From: Eledone cirrhosa
Lineage: Eukaryota
Direction of reading: 5' to 3'
DNA length: 64,000 nucleotides
Assembly: GCA_964016885.1 (NCBI GenBank)
Contig: OZ024742.1
Location: 33,604,001 to 33,668,000, forward strand
Below are positions 47,791 through 63,983 of the stretch, in pieces. The position numbers and the translations under genes are program-made. The notes under the pieces were generated by a model. It saw only the letters and a list, made by a program, of their open reading frames with translations, did no database searches and was not told where the DNA came from. The number at the start of each line of letters is the position of its first letter. Position 1 is the stretch's first letter.

Positions 47791-48398
47791 GTCAGGTCAC
47801 CACTTGGTGCTACTGGTAACATGTATCCCAGTACAACCTGTCTCATGGTCGGGTCGTTGGCGACTAAACTGGCAACCCCACCAAGGTTTCTTGGTGAGGA
47901 GGGTGACTTTGGACATCCTGCAGGACTAAAAACAAAACCTGTCAAAGGGCAAAGGAGCTCATAAGAGTCAATGGCCATCCAAAATCACTGGGAGAGATGA
48001 CCCCTTAGCCTTTGTCAAGGCAGAATTCTAGGAGAAGGAAAACTCTGATATAACACCTGCAACCCTGATGGTATCCAATGATGTTGACTTGTTCTTCTTT
48101 TTGGTAAATATCATCTTGGTTAAGAGAGTGGGACTGGCTTTGTGCAGTGCCTTTGCTCACTATAAAAGCTTCACGGCACAGGCATTGCTTTGTATCTGGA
48201 GATCTCTCTGCACTTGTCGTCACATGGTATCAAGGGTAAAGCACTATGTGTCAATAATTGTCACAAGTGTAGTGTTTGTACCAGAGTTTTCAAGTCGCTG
48301 GCTGGACTAAAAAGTCACACTCGTTCAGCGCATCGGTAGGGGTTCTCCTACATGGATATAAAGTAGTGGCCGTACTCGAAAACGAGTTGGCAGCCACC
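47791..48398 (+). mobile_element. Bipartite RTE-derived element, copy in (ATGT)n
   Basis: Highly similar to 17325-17930; flanked on both sides by (ATGT)n. Confidence 0.75.
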
Positions 48399-48641
48399 AT
48401 GTATGTATGTATGTATGTATGTATGTATGTATGTACGTATGAATGTATGTATGTATATATGTATGTACGTATGTATGTAAGTATGTATGTATGTATGAAT
48501 GTATGTATGTAAGTATGTATGTATTCATAATAATGAAATTACTGTGAACAGTGCTCAGATGTATGTATGTATGTATGTATGTATGTATGTATGTATGTAT
48601 GTATGTATGTATGTATGTATGTATGTACGTATGTATTTATG

Positions 48642-49242
48642 GTCAGGTCACCAGTTGGTGCTACTGGTAACATGTATCCCAGTAGAACCTGTCTCATGGT
48701 CGGGTCGTTGGCGACTAAACTGGCAACCCCACCAAGGTTTCTTGGTGAGGAGGGTGACTTTTGACATCCTGCAGGACTAAAAACCTGTCAAAGGGCAAAG
48801 GAGCTCTTAAGAGTCAATGGCCATCCAAAATCACCGGGAGAGATGACCCCTTAGCCTTTGTCAAGGCAGAATTCTAGGAGAAAGAAAACTCTGATATAAC
48901 ACCTTCAACCCTGATGGTATCCAATGATGTTGACTTGTTCTTCTTTTTGGTAAATATCATCTTGATTAAGAGAGTGGGACTGGCTTTGTGCAGTGCCTTT
49001 GCTCACTATAAAAGCTTCACGGCACAGGCATTGCTTTATATCTGGAGATCCCTCTGCACTTGTCGTCACATGGTACCATGGGCCCAGCACTGTGTCAATA
49101 ATTGTCACAGGTGTAGTGTTTGTACCAGAGTTTTCAAGTCGCTGGCTGGACTAAAAAGTCACACTCGTTCAGCGCATCGGTAGGGGTTCTCCTACATGGA
49201 TATAAAGTAGTGGCCGTACTCGAAAACGAGTTGGCAGCCACC
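48642..49242 (+). mobile_element. Bipartite RTE-derived element, second tandem copy in (ATGT)n
   Basis: Same element as 47791-48398, also flanked by (ATGT)n. Confidence 0.75.
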
Positions 49243-49535
49243 ATGTATGTATGCATGTATGTATGTATGCATGTATGTATATATGTATATATGGATATAC
49301 TTATGTATGGATGTATACATATATGTATGAATCCATGTATATGTATGTATATTTATATATAAGTATATGCACACACACACACACAAATATATACAAAGAG
49401 AGAAATATGTAAAGTTATGTATATATATATGTATATATAAATGCAAATACACGTTATGTAATTATATATGCATATATGCATACATGCTACATACATACGT
49501 ACATACACATGTATTGATATATATGTATAGGTATG

Positions 49536-49647
<112 letters not shown>

Positions 49648-49700
49648 GTACAGAATTAGCCGTCGAAACGGCTTGAGCTCAGCCGTCGGGGTCTTACTTA

Positions 49701-49798
<98 letters not shown>

Positions 49799-50012
49799 CA
49801 TATAGCTGTATGAATAGATGCAGTTATATTCACAAAAAGAAACAAAACAGTACAGATACAAACATCCATATATAGAAAGTTCTGGAAGTGGGAAAAAACT
49901 ACTTCAATATGAAAATATTTTTATTAAGTTTTGTTATGAAGGCGTTATGTAATTATATACGCATAGAAATATACATAGAGACCGACACGCGTGAATATAT
50001 GTCTCTCTCTGC

Positions 50013-50052
<40 letters not shown>

Positions 50053-50061
<9 letters not shown>

Positions 50062-50492
50062 TAAAAAAATAATGAATAAAACAATGAAACAGTTCCTTAT
50101 ATTAAACAAAAAAAGTTCATTATTTAACGATCGTTTCCAGGATATATATGTGTTAGAATTGGCATGCATATTCAACAGATCTATGTACAAAATTATACAA
50201 AATTATACAAACTATCAAAATTAAATATACATACCAACACATATATATGCCGTCTTCAGAAATAATGAAATATATTTCATTATTTCTGAAGACGGCATAT
50301 ATATGTGTTGGTATGTATATTTAATTTTGATAGTTTGTATAATTTTGTATAATTTTGTACATAGATCTGTTGAATATGCATGCCAATTCTAACACATATA
50401 TATCCTGGAAACGATCGTTAAATAATGAACTTTTTTTGTTTAATATAAGGAACTGTTTCATTGTTTTATTCATTATTTTTTTAATATTTTAT
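50053..50492. repeat. Spacer-less palindrome (~220-bp arms) with a hammerhead in each arm
   Basis: Centre GAAATA|TATTTC at 50272/50273; ORFs 49945..50190(-) and 50355..50558(+) share an identical N-terminal translation. Confidence 0.93.
50277..50428 (+). ncRNA. Type I hammerhead ribozyme with long stem II (mirror 50117-50268 on -)
   Basis: TCATTATTT-CTGAAGA-CGGCATATATATGTGTTGG...CTAACACATATATATCCTG-GAAAC-GATC-GTT-AAATAATGA. 9-bp stem I; palindromic AACGATCGTT. Confidence 0.82.
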
Positions 50493-50623
50493 CTTGACTC
50501 TGTATTCCGTTTATCTTTCACCGAAAGTGATATTTCATTGCATCTCTTCTTTCCATGATATCCGGATTGCATTGAGTTCTTCATACGTATTGGACACTAC
50601 CGTAAACTCTTGGTAGATTTATC

Positions 50624-51681
<1,058 letters not shown>

Positions 51682-52874
51682 TTAATATTTTTTTAAGGCA
51701 ACGCTTGTAATAACTCTAGTTAAACAGGATATATATTAATAATAAATTATCGTTGTAATGTAATTAGATTATGTAATTGTTATTATAAATTATCTTATAA
51801 ATATTAGTGTAAGATGTATAAAAATATTTTCAGACTTTTAATATAAACAACTACAAAAAACAATCAATATTAAATCAATATATTATACATAATAGAAAAC
51901 ATAAAATAAACAATACAAAAACAAAATATTTACATACAATTGCAATTATCAGTGTATATACATTTTCTTTATATTCCCTGAGCAAATTAATAAGATTTGT
52001 TTTTATTGTACATAATTTGATGACTTGTTGGAGTGTATTAAAAGATAGCAACAATTTGTGATTAAATTGTTATCTTAAGCAACTCACTTTTTAATAGTTG
52101 TTGGCTGAGCGAAATTGTAAAAGCCTATGAGCAAATATAAAAAAAAATACACAAACAACATTTCCTTGTGTTATTACAACATTAGATAAAATAATTGAGC
52201 AATGTCGTTATATTTTGCTCTTATTGCACATTAATAGTGTTTCTATTTTTCGGCACAAATCCATTACGGCAGTCCATTACTGGTACTTTATTTTATCGAA
52301 TTAGTAAGTATGAAAGTCGAAGTTAACCTCGGCAGGATTTGAACTTAGAATGCAAAGGACCATAACAATACTGCAAAGCATGGTGTCTGACGCTCTACCA
52401 ATACTTGTGTTGAGCTGGTCATTAATTTATGGTGGTCGTGCGTGGAGTAGAGCAATCGCTAGTTGAAATATTATGAACAAAACATTTTTATTTGCCGAAG
52501 AACATATTTTCAATACTGTTTGTGAATGTGACGAAGGAAATACATTCTGATATGGAACAGTGTACAAAGTGTGTCTGTGAATAACATAATGTTACCTCAT
52601 GTTGTTGTCAAGACATAATGGATTTCGTATATCCAGTTAGAAGATGAAACCTAGCCATCTCGGATTAGTTATATTTCATGCCATGTGTAAACGTGTTTGA
52701 GGATAGCAAAATATGCGTGTTTCTTGTCTGGAAATTTTCTGCTAAACTGATTGGTTTCGTTTTTGGCACTATACAATACTCATCCAACAGATAGCTGTAT
52801 TGGATCCTTGATTGGTTAATATTTAGGTGAGGGTGCTTGATGCAGAGTTAGTGCAAAATGGATCAATGAGTGTA

Positions 52875-53525
52875 ATAATAATAATGATAATAATAATGAA
52901 AATATTGTGTACAATGCTGAGGTGCACTACAACTCATCAAAAGTGCATATATAATACATAGGGTAATATAAAAACGTCAGGAAAAAAGAACAGTGCATGA
53001 GTCATGATATACACATATGTGCATGTGTATGGAAGGGGGACATCAGGTGTAGTTTTGGTGTATTTCGGAATGTATGATGGTTTTAAAGGATGCAGTGTGT
53101 CATCAGCTAACAACTGATGCAGGAAGTTTGTTCCATCCTTCAGCAACTCTGAGCATGAAGAAATATTTCCTAAAGTCATGGGAGCTGTGTTGTTTTCTGA
53201 CTTTGTAGGCATGTCCACGTGTTAGACACATGGAGATCAAAAAGGTGTTCGGGGTTGTTGTTGGTCGGATGGTTAATAACTTTGTGGGTGTTTACCAAGT
53301 CCATTGCCAGAGGGAAGCAAAATATTCAGGGTATGGTAGGTGTCTGATGGAGGGTATGCGCTTGGTTGCATGTCTCTGAACAGTTTCCAGGAGGTCAATG
53401 TTCTGAGCAAGATAGGGGTTCCAGACTGATGACGCGAACTCCAAGTGTATTCGTACCATAGATGTATACAGCTTTAAATAGATGGCTGGAGAGCAGCTAA
53501 TGAAGGTCTTGCTGATTGATGCCAA
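52875..53525 (-). mobile_element. CR1/L2-group LINE 3' end
   Basis: LKLYTSMVRIHLEFASSVWNPYL..IDLLETVQRHATKRI; homologous to 2034-2558; (TTA)n tail. Confidence 0.85.
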
Positions 53526-54411
53526 GTCAATCTTAATAAATTGACTGATTTATCTGTTCACTACTGCTAATCCACCGCTGTTTGTACAATTTTTTAGATA
53601 ATGTCAATTTGAGCTTGAATCATTGGCGTAATGAAATTTGAAAAGATTATAAGCAAATCTTTTTTAAAATACACAGACAACATTTAACTGTATCGTTGCA
53701 ACATTAGATCTAATAATTGTTTCTACTTTAGGCACAAGGCCAGCAATTACCCAGTGCATTACTGGTACTTTATTTTATCTACCCCGTAAGGATGAAAGGC
53801 AAAGTCAACCTCGGCAGGATTTGAACTCAGATCGTAAAGGGACGTAACTATGCTGGAAAGCATGGCATCCGACCCTCTACCAATACTGCCAAAATAATGG
53901 AGCAACATTTGTGCAGAATTATTGTTTGTGCAATAAGATATTTGCAGATCTGTACTCGGTCTGCTCTTTAGCCAACTCGGTACGTTTAGAAGCTCTACGC
54001 TCGGCTTGATTTTGAGATATAATAGCTGAATTTGCAGATCTATACTTGGCCTGCTTGTTTGCCAACTCATACCGTTTTGAACATCTATACTTGGCCTGTT
54101 TTTGTGTTAATTTAGCAAAATTCACAGCTCTATAATCGGCCTGTTTTTGTCTCAACTTCTCCCGATTCCGCATCCGGTAAGCTGCTTTCACATCCAATTT
54201 AATACGCCCATCTAGATTATTAGCACAGGAATGTGAACAAGCTTGTGGGACCGCATCATTGTAAGTATATGAACTGCCTGCAACATCAAGACCCAATTCA
54301 CAAGTGCAGCGTTGCTCATTCACATCGGCAGTGGGGACACCAAAATCAGTGACAGGTCTCGATTCACTCGCGAGATACATCACAGCTACACTATATATTT
54401 AAACATATATA

Positions 54412-54475
54412 CAGTGATACCTCGCTACTTGGCGGTTCAACTATCGCGGATTCACGATTTCGCGCAGTTTTAGAA
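54412..54475 (+). mobile_element. Tigger/pogo-like TIR end
   Basis: TA-CAGTGATACCTCGCTACTTGGCGGTTCAACTATCGCGGATTCACGATTTCGCG. Confidence 0.5.
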
Positions 54476-54549
54476 TATATATATGAACACCTAAAATTTT
54501 TCATTAAATCCATTAAAATATTAATAATAAACACAGTTCTAATCATACG

Positions 54550-54620
<71 letters not shown>

Positions 54621-54728
54621 TAAGTAATTAATTGTTTCTATAAGTAATTAATACCGTATAAATGGTACAAAGACTGTTTATGTAAAATGTATTTCTCAAC
54701 AGAGTATTGAATACTTAGGAGAAATTCA

Positions 54729-56609
<1,881 letters not shown>

Positions 56610-56610
56610 G

Positions 56611-56948
56611 TAATCTGAGTTTTTCGAATACTAATAATAACATTCGATTCGTTTGCAATTATGCAAACACGCCTCAATTTTATAGCCATGTCAGTAGAAT
56701 GAACACTTCATTCTTGCTCTTGTGTTGGCATGTGAACAGAACTGCAGACACTAATGTTTCTGGGTATCACCCTTCATCAGTACAGCTCACTGTTCACCTG
56801 CCAAACTGTCAGAGCTAGTGAATATATATGCATGCCAACACAAGAGCAAGAATGAAGGATTCATTCTACTGACGTGGCTATAAAGTTGAGGCTTGTTTGC
56901 ATAATTGCAAACGAATCGAATGTTATTATTAATATTCGAAAAACTCAG

Positions 56949-56952
<4 letters not shown>
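56611..56952. mobile_element. Fold-back mini-element (~122-bp arms) in (TA)n with a hammerhead in the spacer
   Basis: 56611-56732 is the reverse complement of 56831-56952 with a few mismatches; single-arm copy at 7850-8062. Confidence 0.88.
56739..56788 (-). ncRNA. Type I hammerhead ribozyme
   Basis: Same sequence as 7978-8027: GAGCTGTA-CTGATGA-AGGGTGATACCCA-GAAAC-ATTAGT-GTC-TGCAGTTC. Confidence 0.85.
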
Positions 56953-57025
<73 letters not shown>

Positions 57026-57087
57026 TAATAATAAATGTAAAGACTAATATATATATATATAATATAAATATATATTTACATGTATGC

Positions 57088-57176
<89 letters not shown>

Positions 57177-57299
57177 ATTATGAAGAGAGAAGACACATTA
57201 GATATAATTAGTAATAAGATGTATCATACCTAAACTGCTTCTAAATTCCTCGACTACGTAGTTTCGTGTGTCCGCATGTATCTGTGTGTTTCTCTATAT

Positions 57300-57357
<58 letters not shown>

Positions 57358-57589
57358 CATACATGCATACATGTGAATATATGTTTATATTATATATATA
57401 TATATATACATATATACATGCATACATGTGAATATATGTTTATATTATATATATATGTTTATATTATATATACATATATACATATATACATGCATACATG
57501 TGAATATATGTTTATATTATATATATATGTTTATATTATATGTATATATATACATATATACATGCATACATGTGAATATATGTTTATAT

Positions 57590-57630
<41 letters not shown>

Positions 57631-58124
57631 CTATCTGTGTATGTGTTTGTGCCCGTGCGTTTGAAACCCTATGTGTTAGTAGTAACATATAAGGCGAAAC
57701 CTATCTATCCTCTGTATTGCCCCTCTCCTATTCTTTCTGTCTTTAACACTCCACTCTCTCTCTTTCTCTCTCCACATACACACACACATATACATATACA
57801 AATAAAGTTAATTTGCATAATCAAAAATACAAAGAGTGCAGAGAAATAATTTGAGGGAGCTAAAGGCATGAATTCTTTTTTATTATCTAATTTAACGAAT
57901 GAAATATTGAATTCCGCATTCAGTAAATTAATTCTTTATATTTCCGTCAGTGTTGCAAATGAATAACAAAAAAAAACCTGTTTTAGAAATACAAATTACC
58001 CTTGGCTAAAAATGAATCTACCTCTTTTGGGGGAAATATTCATAAATACATACTTACTTACATTCATACATCCGTACACACACACACAGACACACACACA
58101 GACACACACACACAGACACACACA

Positions 58125-58225
<101 letters not shown>

Positions 58226-58305
58226 TTTATATCAATTGATAAATTATTAGAAACGACAGCCATAACTGTAAAATATTCAGCTAACATCTTTCTATCTATC
58301 TATCT

Positions 58306-59392
58306 ATCTGCCAACAACGCATTAAGGCTACGGCACCTACAGGTATTCCTCACTGGTCAACCGGTGTGGGCTCCGTTCGTGAAACGAGCCTTTCCGAGAC
58401 TCGTCTCGCTCACCGAGCTGCAGTCCTGGGTCAAGCAAAGATCCGGAAAACTGGGAGACTGGCACACTGAGTGTGCCCAGGCGCTCAGGGCTCTCTGGCA
58501 AGCGGGCCAGGCCGTCGGTGGAGAATCCACCTCATCATTCTATAGAGGGCTGGTGGTTAGCAGGGGCGATGACACCCTTGGAGAGTCGCTGGACATGGAA
58601 GAGGACGAACTGGCCAGCCTGTTCAGTAGGATTTTCGGCCCAGGACCAATGGACAACTTCCAGAAGTCACTGGCCTGGCAGTGCTACCGGGGGCTCAACC
58701 CATTCGAGAGAGGCTCTACAGACACGGGCGCCCGGGCAGGGATCCCTCAAAAAAGATTTGCCCTAGATGCGTGCGTCACGAAGAAACCGTTGCGCACGCA
58801 TTGGTGCAATGTCCGGGCGTGGCTGATCTGTGGGGCTACGTCGAACGACTGCTGTCGCGGGTGGCGCCGATTCAATTGACCGCCGAGTCCGTGATGACAA
58901 TCAAACCGCCTCCCCTCTTCACAAAGGAAGCAAAGGCGGTTTTTCTGTGCGTAATAGCCATATTGAAAGAGGTTGTTTGGTGGACACGATTGAAAGGTCT
59001 GAGGTCAGGCAACTTCCTCTCTGGCCATAGTCTGGTCTACTTCTTCCGATATCACTTCGGAAGAAGGATAAGAATGGAGAGAGAGGTGCTTGGCCACAGG
59101 CAGTTTTATGAAAGGTGGGTGATAGTGGCGAGAATGGCTCGTGTAAATGGGCCTTCTCTGTATACCATCCTGTAGGTAAAGAAGTAAAGGAGAGGGGATC
59201 ACCTTCTCCACGTGCTCCCCGGGCAAAGGATTGCACACTTTTTCGGGGGTGTGTGCAACCCCCATCACGTCCCCTCCCTTTTGAGGTTATTTTCGATTAT
59301 TTTCATTTTATACCCTTTTTACTCGATTGTATGTAAACTCCCCATTTGTATTTGTCCCTTCTTTTTATGCCTTTATGGTAAATAAAGAAATA
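58306..59392 (+). mobile_element. 5'-truncated Tx1/L1-clade LINE, copy 1
   Basis: FQKSLAWQCYRG..P, CPRCVRHEETVAHALVQC (zf-RVT); 3' UTR ends AATAAAGAAA then (TATC)n. Confidence 0.82.
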
Positions 59393-59401
59393 TATCTATC
59401 T

Positions 59402-60556
59402 ATCTGCCAACACCCTTCTAACGGAGGGCTGGGGATGCCGTGGTTGACGATGCGCAAACACGCGCTCAGGCTGCGGAATCTCTACGTATTCCTCACCGGA
59501 CAACCGGTGTGGGCCCAGTTCGTGAGGCGAGCCTTCCCACGACTCGTCTCGCTGACCGAGCTGCAGTCCTGGGTCAAGCAAAGACCGAAGAAAATGGGCG
59601 ACTGGCACATCGAATGTGCTCAGGCGCTCACAGCCCTCTGGCAGGCGGACCCGGCGATCAGTGGAGACTCCACTTTGTCATTCTATAGAGTGTTGATCCG
59701 CAACAAGTGCGACGACGCGCTCGGTGAAACTCTAGGCGTAGAGGAAGATGAACTGGCCAGTCTGTTCGGTAGGATCTTCCGCCCGGGACCGATGGACAAC
59801 TTCCAAAAGTCCCTGGCCTGGCAGTGCTACCGAGGAGCTCTACCAGTTCGAGACAAGCTCTACAGACATGGGCGCCCGGGCAGGGACCCTGCAAAAAAGA
59901 TCTGTCCGAGGTGCGTGCGAGACGAAGAAACCGTCGTGCACGCATTCATACACTGCCCGGGCGTCACTGACCTGTGGGGCTATGTAGAACGACCATTGTC
60001 GCGGGTGGGACCAATCCGGTTGACCACCGAGTCCATTGTCATGATCAAACCGCCACCCTCCTTCAAAAACGAAGGAGAGGCGGTTTTCCTTTGTGTGATA
60101 GCTATGGCGAAAGAGGTTGTATGGTGGACAAGGTTGAAAGGGCTGAGGTCAGACACCTTTCTCTCCGGCCAACAACTGATTCTTTTTTTCAAATACCACT
60201 TTGGAAGAAGATCAGGATGGAGAGAGAGGTGCTGTACCCCAGCAAGTTTTATGAAAGGTGGTTGAAAGTGGCGAGAATGGCCCGAGTGAATGGGCCTTCT
60301 CTCTATATCAGCCTGTATGTTGAGGAAAAGGAGGAGGAGAGGAAAGGAGTACAAACTCTTCGTACTCCTGGAGATGAGGGTTGCACATTTTTTCGGGGGT
60401 ATGTGTTACCCATATAAACTGTCTCCCTCTATTGGGGAAAATCGACTAACTTTTTAAATTGCATTTGTGATAACATTTTACACGTTTTTATTGTATGTAA
60501 ACTTCCCCCTTTGTATTTGACCCCTTCTTTTGTGCCCCTGTGGCTAATAAAGAAAC
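59402..60556 (+). mobile_element. 5'-truncated Tx1/L1-clade LINE, copy 2 (different subfamily)
   Basis: ORF 59327..60265: ICQHPSNGGLGMPWL...CPRCVRDEETVVHAFIHC; ends AATAAAGAAAC then (TATC)n. Confidence 0.85.
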
Positions 60557-61479
60557 ATATCTATCTATCTATCTGCCTGTCTATCAGTCTTCATAGTTGC
60601 ATGTACATTTGGATGTATGTTCTCTTTCTTTTAATTTCGAGTAGATATTTGACCGGCCACCTTTTTGGTGGCAAGGTTGTAAAAGAAAAGAAATAGTCAT
60701 CCCTTGAATCGCAAGAATATTTTTGTATATATGTATGTATGTATGTTTGTATGTATATATGTATGTATGTATGTATGAATGCAAGTGTGGCGGGGACATA
60801 GAAATAGTCGAGCTGGACACCCGATCGTGCGGTTAAATCACTGGGAGTGAAGGACTTCTAGCCTTTGTCAGGGCATTCTTCTAGGAGAAGGCAACTCAGG
60901 AAACTGGGATAACTCCGATATAAAACCCTTAGCTCAGTAGTTACCGATGATGTTGATCTTTTCTTCTTTTCAGGTTATAGCTTCTGTCGCTCATAGAGTG
61001 GGATTGGCTCAGTGCACAGTCTTTCCTCACTTTAAAAAATATCTTCACGCACAGGCATTGAACGATAGAATTAATTAATAATGATTAATAATGGTATATC
61101 GTGCAATGGCCATACTCGATAACGAGGGGGCAGCCATCATGTATGTATGTATGTATGTATGTTCTAGTTTTACAATTTTATAGATTTTTACCAATAGAGA
61201 GAGAGTCAGTCTCTAACATAGACAGACACAAGACTCTCTCATTGGGATTTACACAACATCAACTTGGTATATATGTCTTCATGTCTGCCTACGTGCGTCT
61301 ATGTGTAGGTATGGATGTTATTGTATGTGTGGTTGTGTATGTTTTGAGTTGTATGTGTGCATGTGTATATGATTTGTATCTGTACATGTGTATATGCAGT
61401 TATTAGATGCAGAATTTTTGGAATATTTTATATATTTTTACTGTTGGATTGTACTTGTAATTTCCTAACTAGTTGTGTT

Positions 61480-62130
61480 CTTTCTGTTTCTGTGAAGCCC
61501 AGCTTCTCAAGATTTTTATTGAGGCAGTTACTAACATACCCCAGTGCCCCAATAACTATAGGTATTCATCTGAATAGTCAGATTCCTCATTAGTTCTGCA
61601 TAGATATTCTCCTTTTTGCTAATCTTCTGGGCAGCTAACTTCCACTACTGTGCATGCCTTCTTTTCCCATTCCCATATCATTATATCTGGTCTGTTATGC
61701 CTGCACTTTATTGGGGGTTTTTACTGGAACATTCCACCAGTACTGTTTCATATTATGTATGTCTTCCACGTTGCTGTAACTTTTAATGTGTTTATTATCG
61801 GGGTTATCTTTTCTACGGATTGCATTGTACAGTATTTTGGCCACTACATCATGCCTGATAGATAGATAGTATCGTGATGACATCTTTGGACAGCTGCTTA
61901 TGACATGGGTGACACCTTCGATGCTAATTCTGGAGAGTCTGCATTTGTTGTCACATTTAGGTGTTTTGTCTGCATCCCTATCTGTTTTGTGAATCAGGTA
62001 TTTTATATTGATTTCCTGTTGGATTGCAAAAGCATATCCTTCAAAGTGAGAACCAATATAGCGGTTGTTGGTCCAAACTAGATTACTTTGATTTTATCTA
62101 TATTACTCTCACTATGGAGTTTCCTGGCAA
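61480..62130 (-). mobile_element. R4-clade non-LTR 3' fragment (CCHC + RLE)
   Basis: EGYAFAIQQQEI, KCRL...THVISSCPKM, RHDVVAKILY, WWNVPV, NRPDIMIW...VVEVSCP. Confidence 0.78.
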
Positions 62131-62859
62131 CAATACTTATTCTCTTTTGTCTCTGATCAAGCTGACTTATTATCAAAGGTATTCATGCCATGACAATTCC
62201 ATCTTATTTTTAAGAATAGGCTACCTCGGACTACAATATACAATATGCTGTTTGTTATCAGAATAACCTATGATATGAGTAAAATTTAGCAGCTATTTCT
62301 AACAGGGGCTGGAGCAACCACATAGAGGTTCCGTCGCTGGTTCAATATGAATGACTGTGCTTGTGTAAGTGGTAGAGTATGAGTTTGTCTTCAAGATTCT
62401 GAAGGAAAATAGTTGACTAAAATCTGCCATCAAAATAGCGAATTCTGTGCAAATAAAAGACAGGTTACAAATATTTCGGTATTTTCACTCAGATATTTGT
62501 TGTTATTATTCTATTTTATCAGGGCGGTGGATTGGCAGTATCAGTAAAAGGTCGGACGCCATGCTTTGACGCATAGAGTTACGCCCCTTTCCATTCCGAG
62601 TTCAAATCCCGCCGAGGTTAACTTTGCCTTTCATCGGGGTCGATAAAATAAAGTACCAGTAATGCACTGGGTAATTGCTGGCCTTCTGCCAAAAGTAGAA
62701 ACAATTATTCTATTTTATTATTTTTCTTTTGGCAATCTCATAATTTGTTCACTTCACGGAGATCCGAAGGAACGGAGAGGAAGATTACAAGATACTAAGT
62801 CTTCTGAGGAAGACTTAGCTGCTTATTTCTAGCAGGGTTCTTAAGCGGCTACGTAGAGC

Positions 62860-63257
62860 TATGGTTCCCAAACTGTTTTTACTAACGGCGCACTTTAGAA
62901 CGAATAAAACTATTTTATTCGTACCAATTCGTACCTAAATTTGAACATTTAGTCAAAGGAGTTATTTATCCATATTACTATAGCATAAAGTCAAAATAAA
63001 GATAATCAAAATTATTTATATTTCCTTCTTTAGTCAATAAATGGAGTATAGTTATCAATGAGAAATATGTCTGGTTTTTTGGCAATGTTTTCATTCTTAG
63101 TTTACTTGTTACTACTTTGACAGTTAAATATGGACTTTATTTTGAATTTCAATTTGTATTTTTCACATTTCGAAACAGAATCTTGCTCTTTTGTGGCGCA
63201 GATAGTTACATCTTGCGGCACACCAGTGTGTCGAGGCACACGACTTGGGAAGTAGTG
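62860..63257. mobile_element. hAT/Charlie-like MITE
   Basis: Left end ..TGGTTCCCAAAC; right end CGGCACACCAGTGTG.CG.GGCACAC..TTGGGAA. Confidence 0.55.
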
Positions 63258-63902
63258 ACGCATAGGTTCCGTTGTTGGCTGAATCAATATGAATGACGTT
63301 GTTTGGGTAGGCAGAAGAGTAGAATTTTGTGTTCAAGGTGCCATAGGAAAAAAAAAAATGTTGCCTTAAATCTAATACTCTGTAGTATCGGACATCAGAA
63401 TACCAGCGTACTTTTCAAATCATAAAAAAAGGAACTGATCGGTAAAAAGAAACAATGTTTCCATTGGTCTTTCCATTATTGATATTATCTGCCAGTCAGA
63501 ACTCTTGGGAGAAGGCATTGGGATAATCAGAGCCAGATCAGATACTGCAAATCTGCAAAGTATCCAATCCGACGCTTCCAAAAACCCACTAACCCTTGGA
63601 CAAGTATCTTATTTATCGATCCCGAAAGGATGAAAAGTAAAATTGACTTTGGTATGATTTGAACACAGTGCGCAGAGAGCTGGAACAAATACCGGAACAT
63701 TTAATCCGACCATCGAATGCCTATACCAATTCATCACCAAAATCAAAGGAAGGCTACAAATATTTCGGTACATTCACTCAGTTATTTGCTGTTGTGGTTG
63801 TTGTTTTGTTTTTGGTAATCACGTCTTTGAGAGTTCTTCTCATTTGTTCAGTGACGGACACTGGAACAAAGAGCAGGACTCAGGAGGAGGTTACAACGAA
63901 CA

Positions 63903-63983
<81 letters not shown>

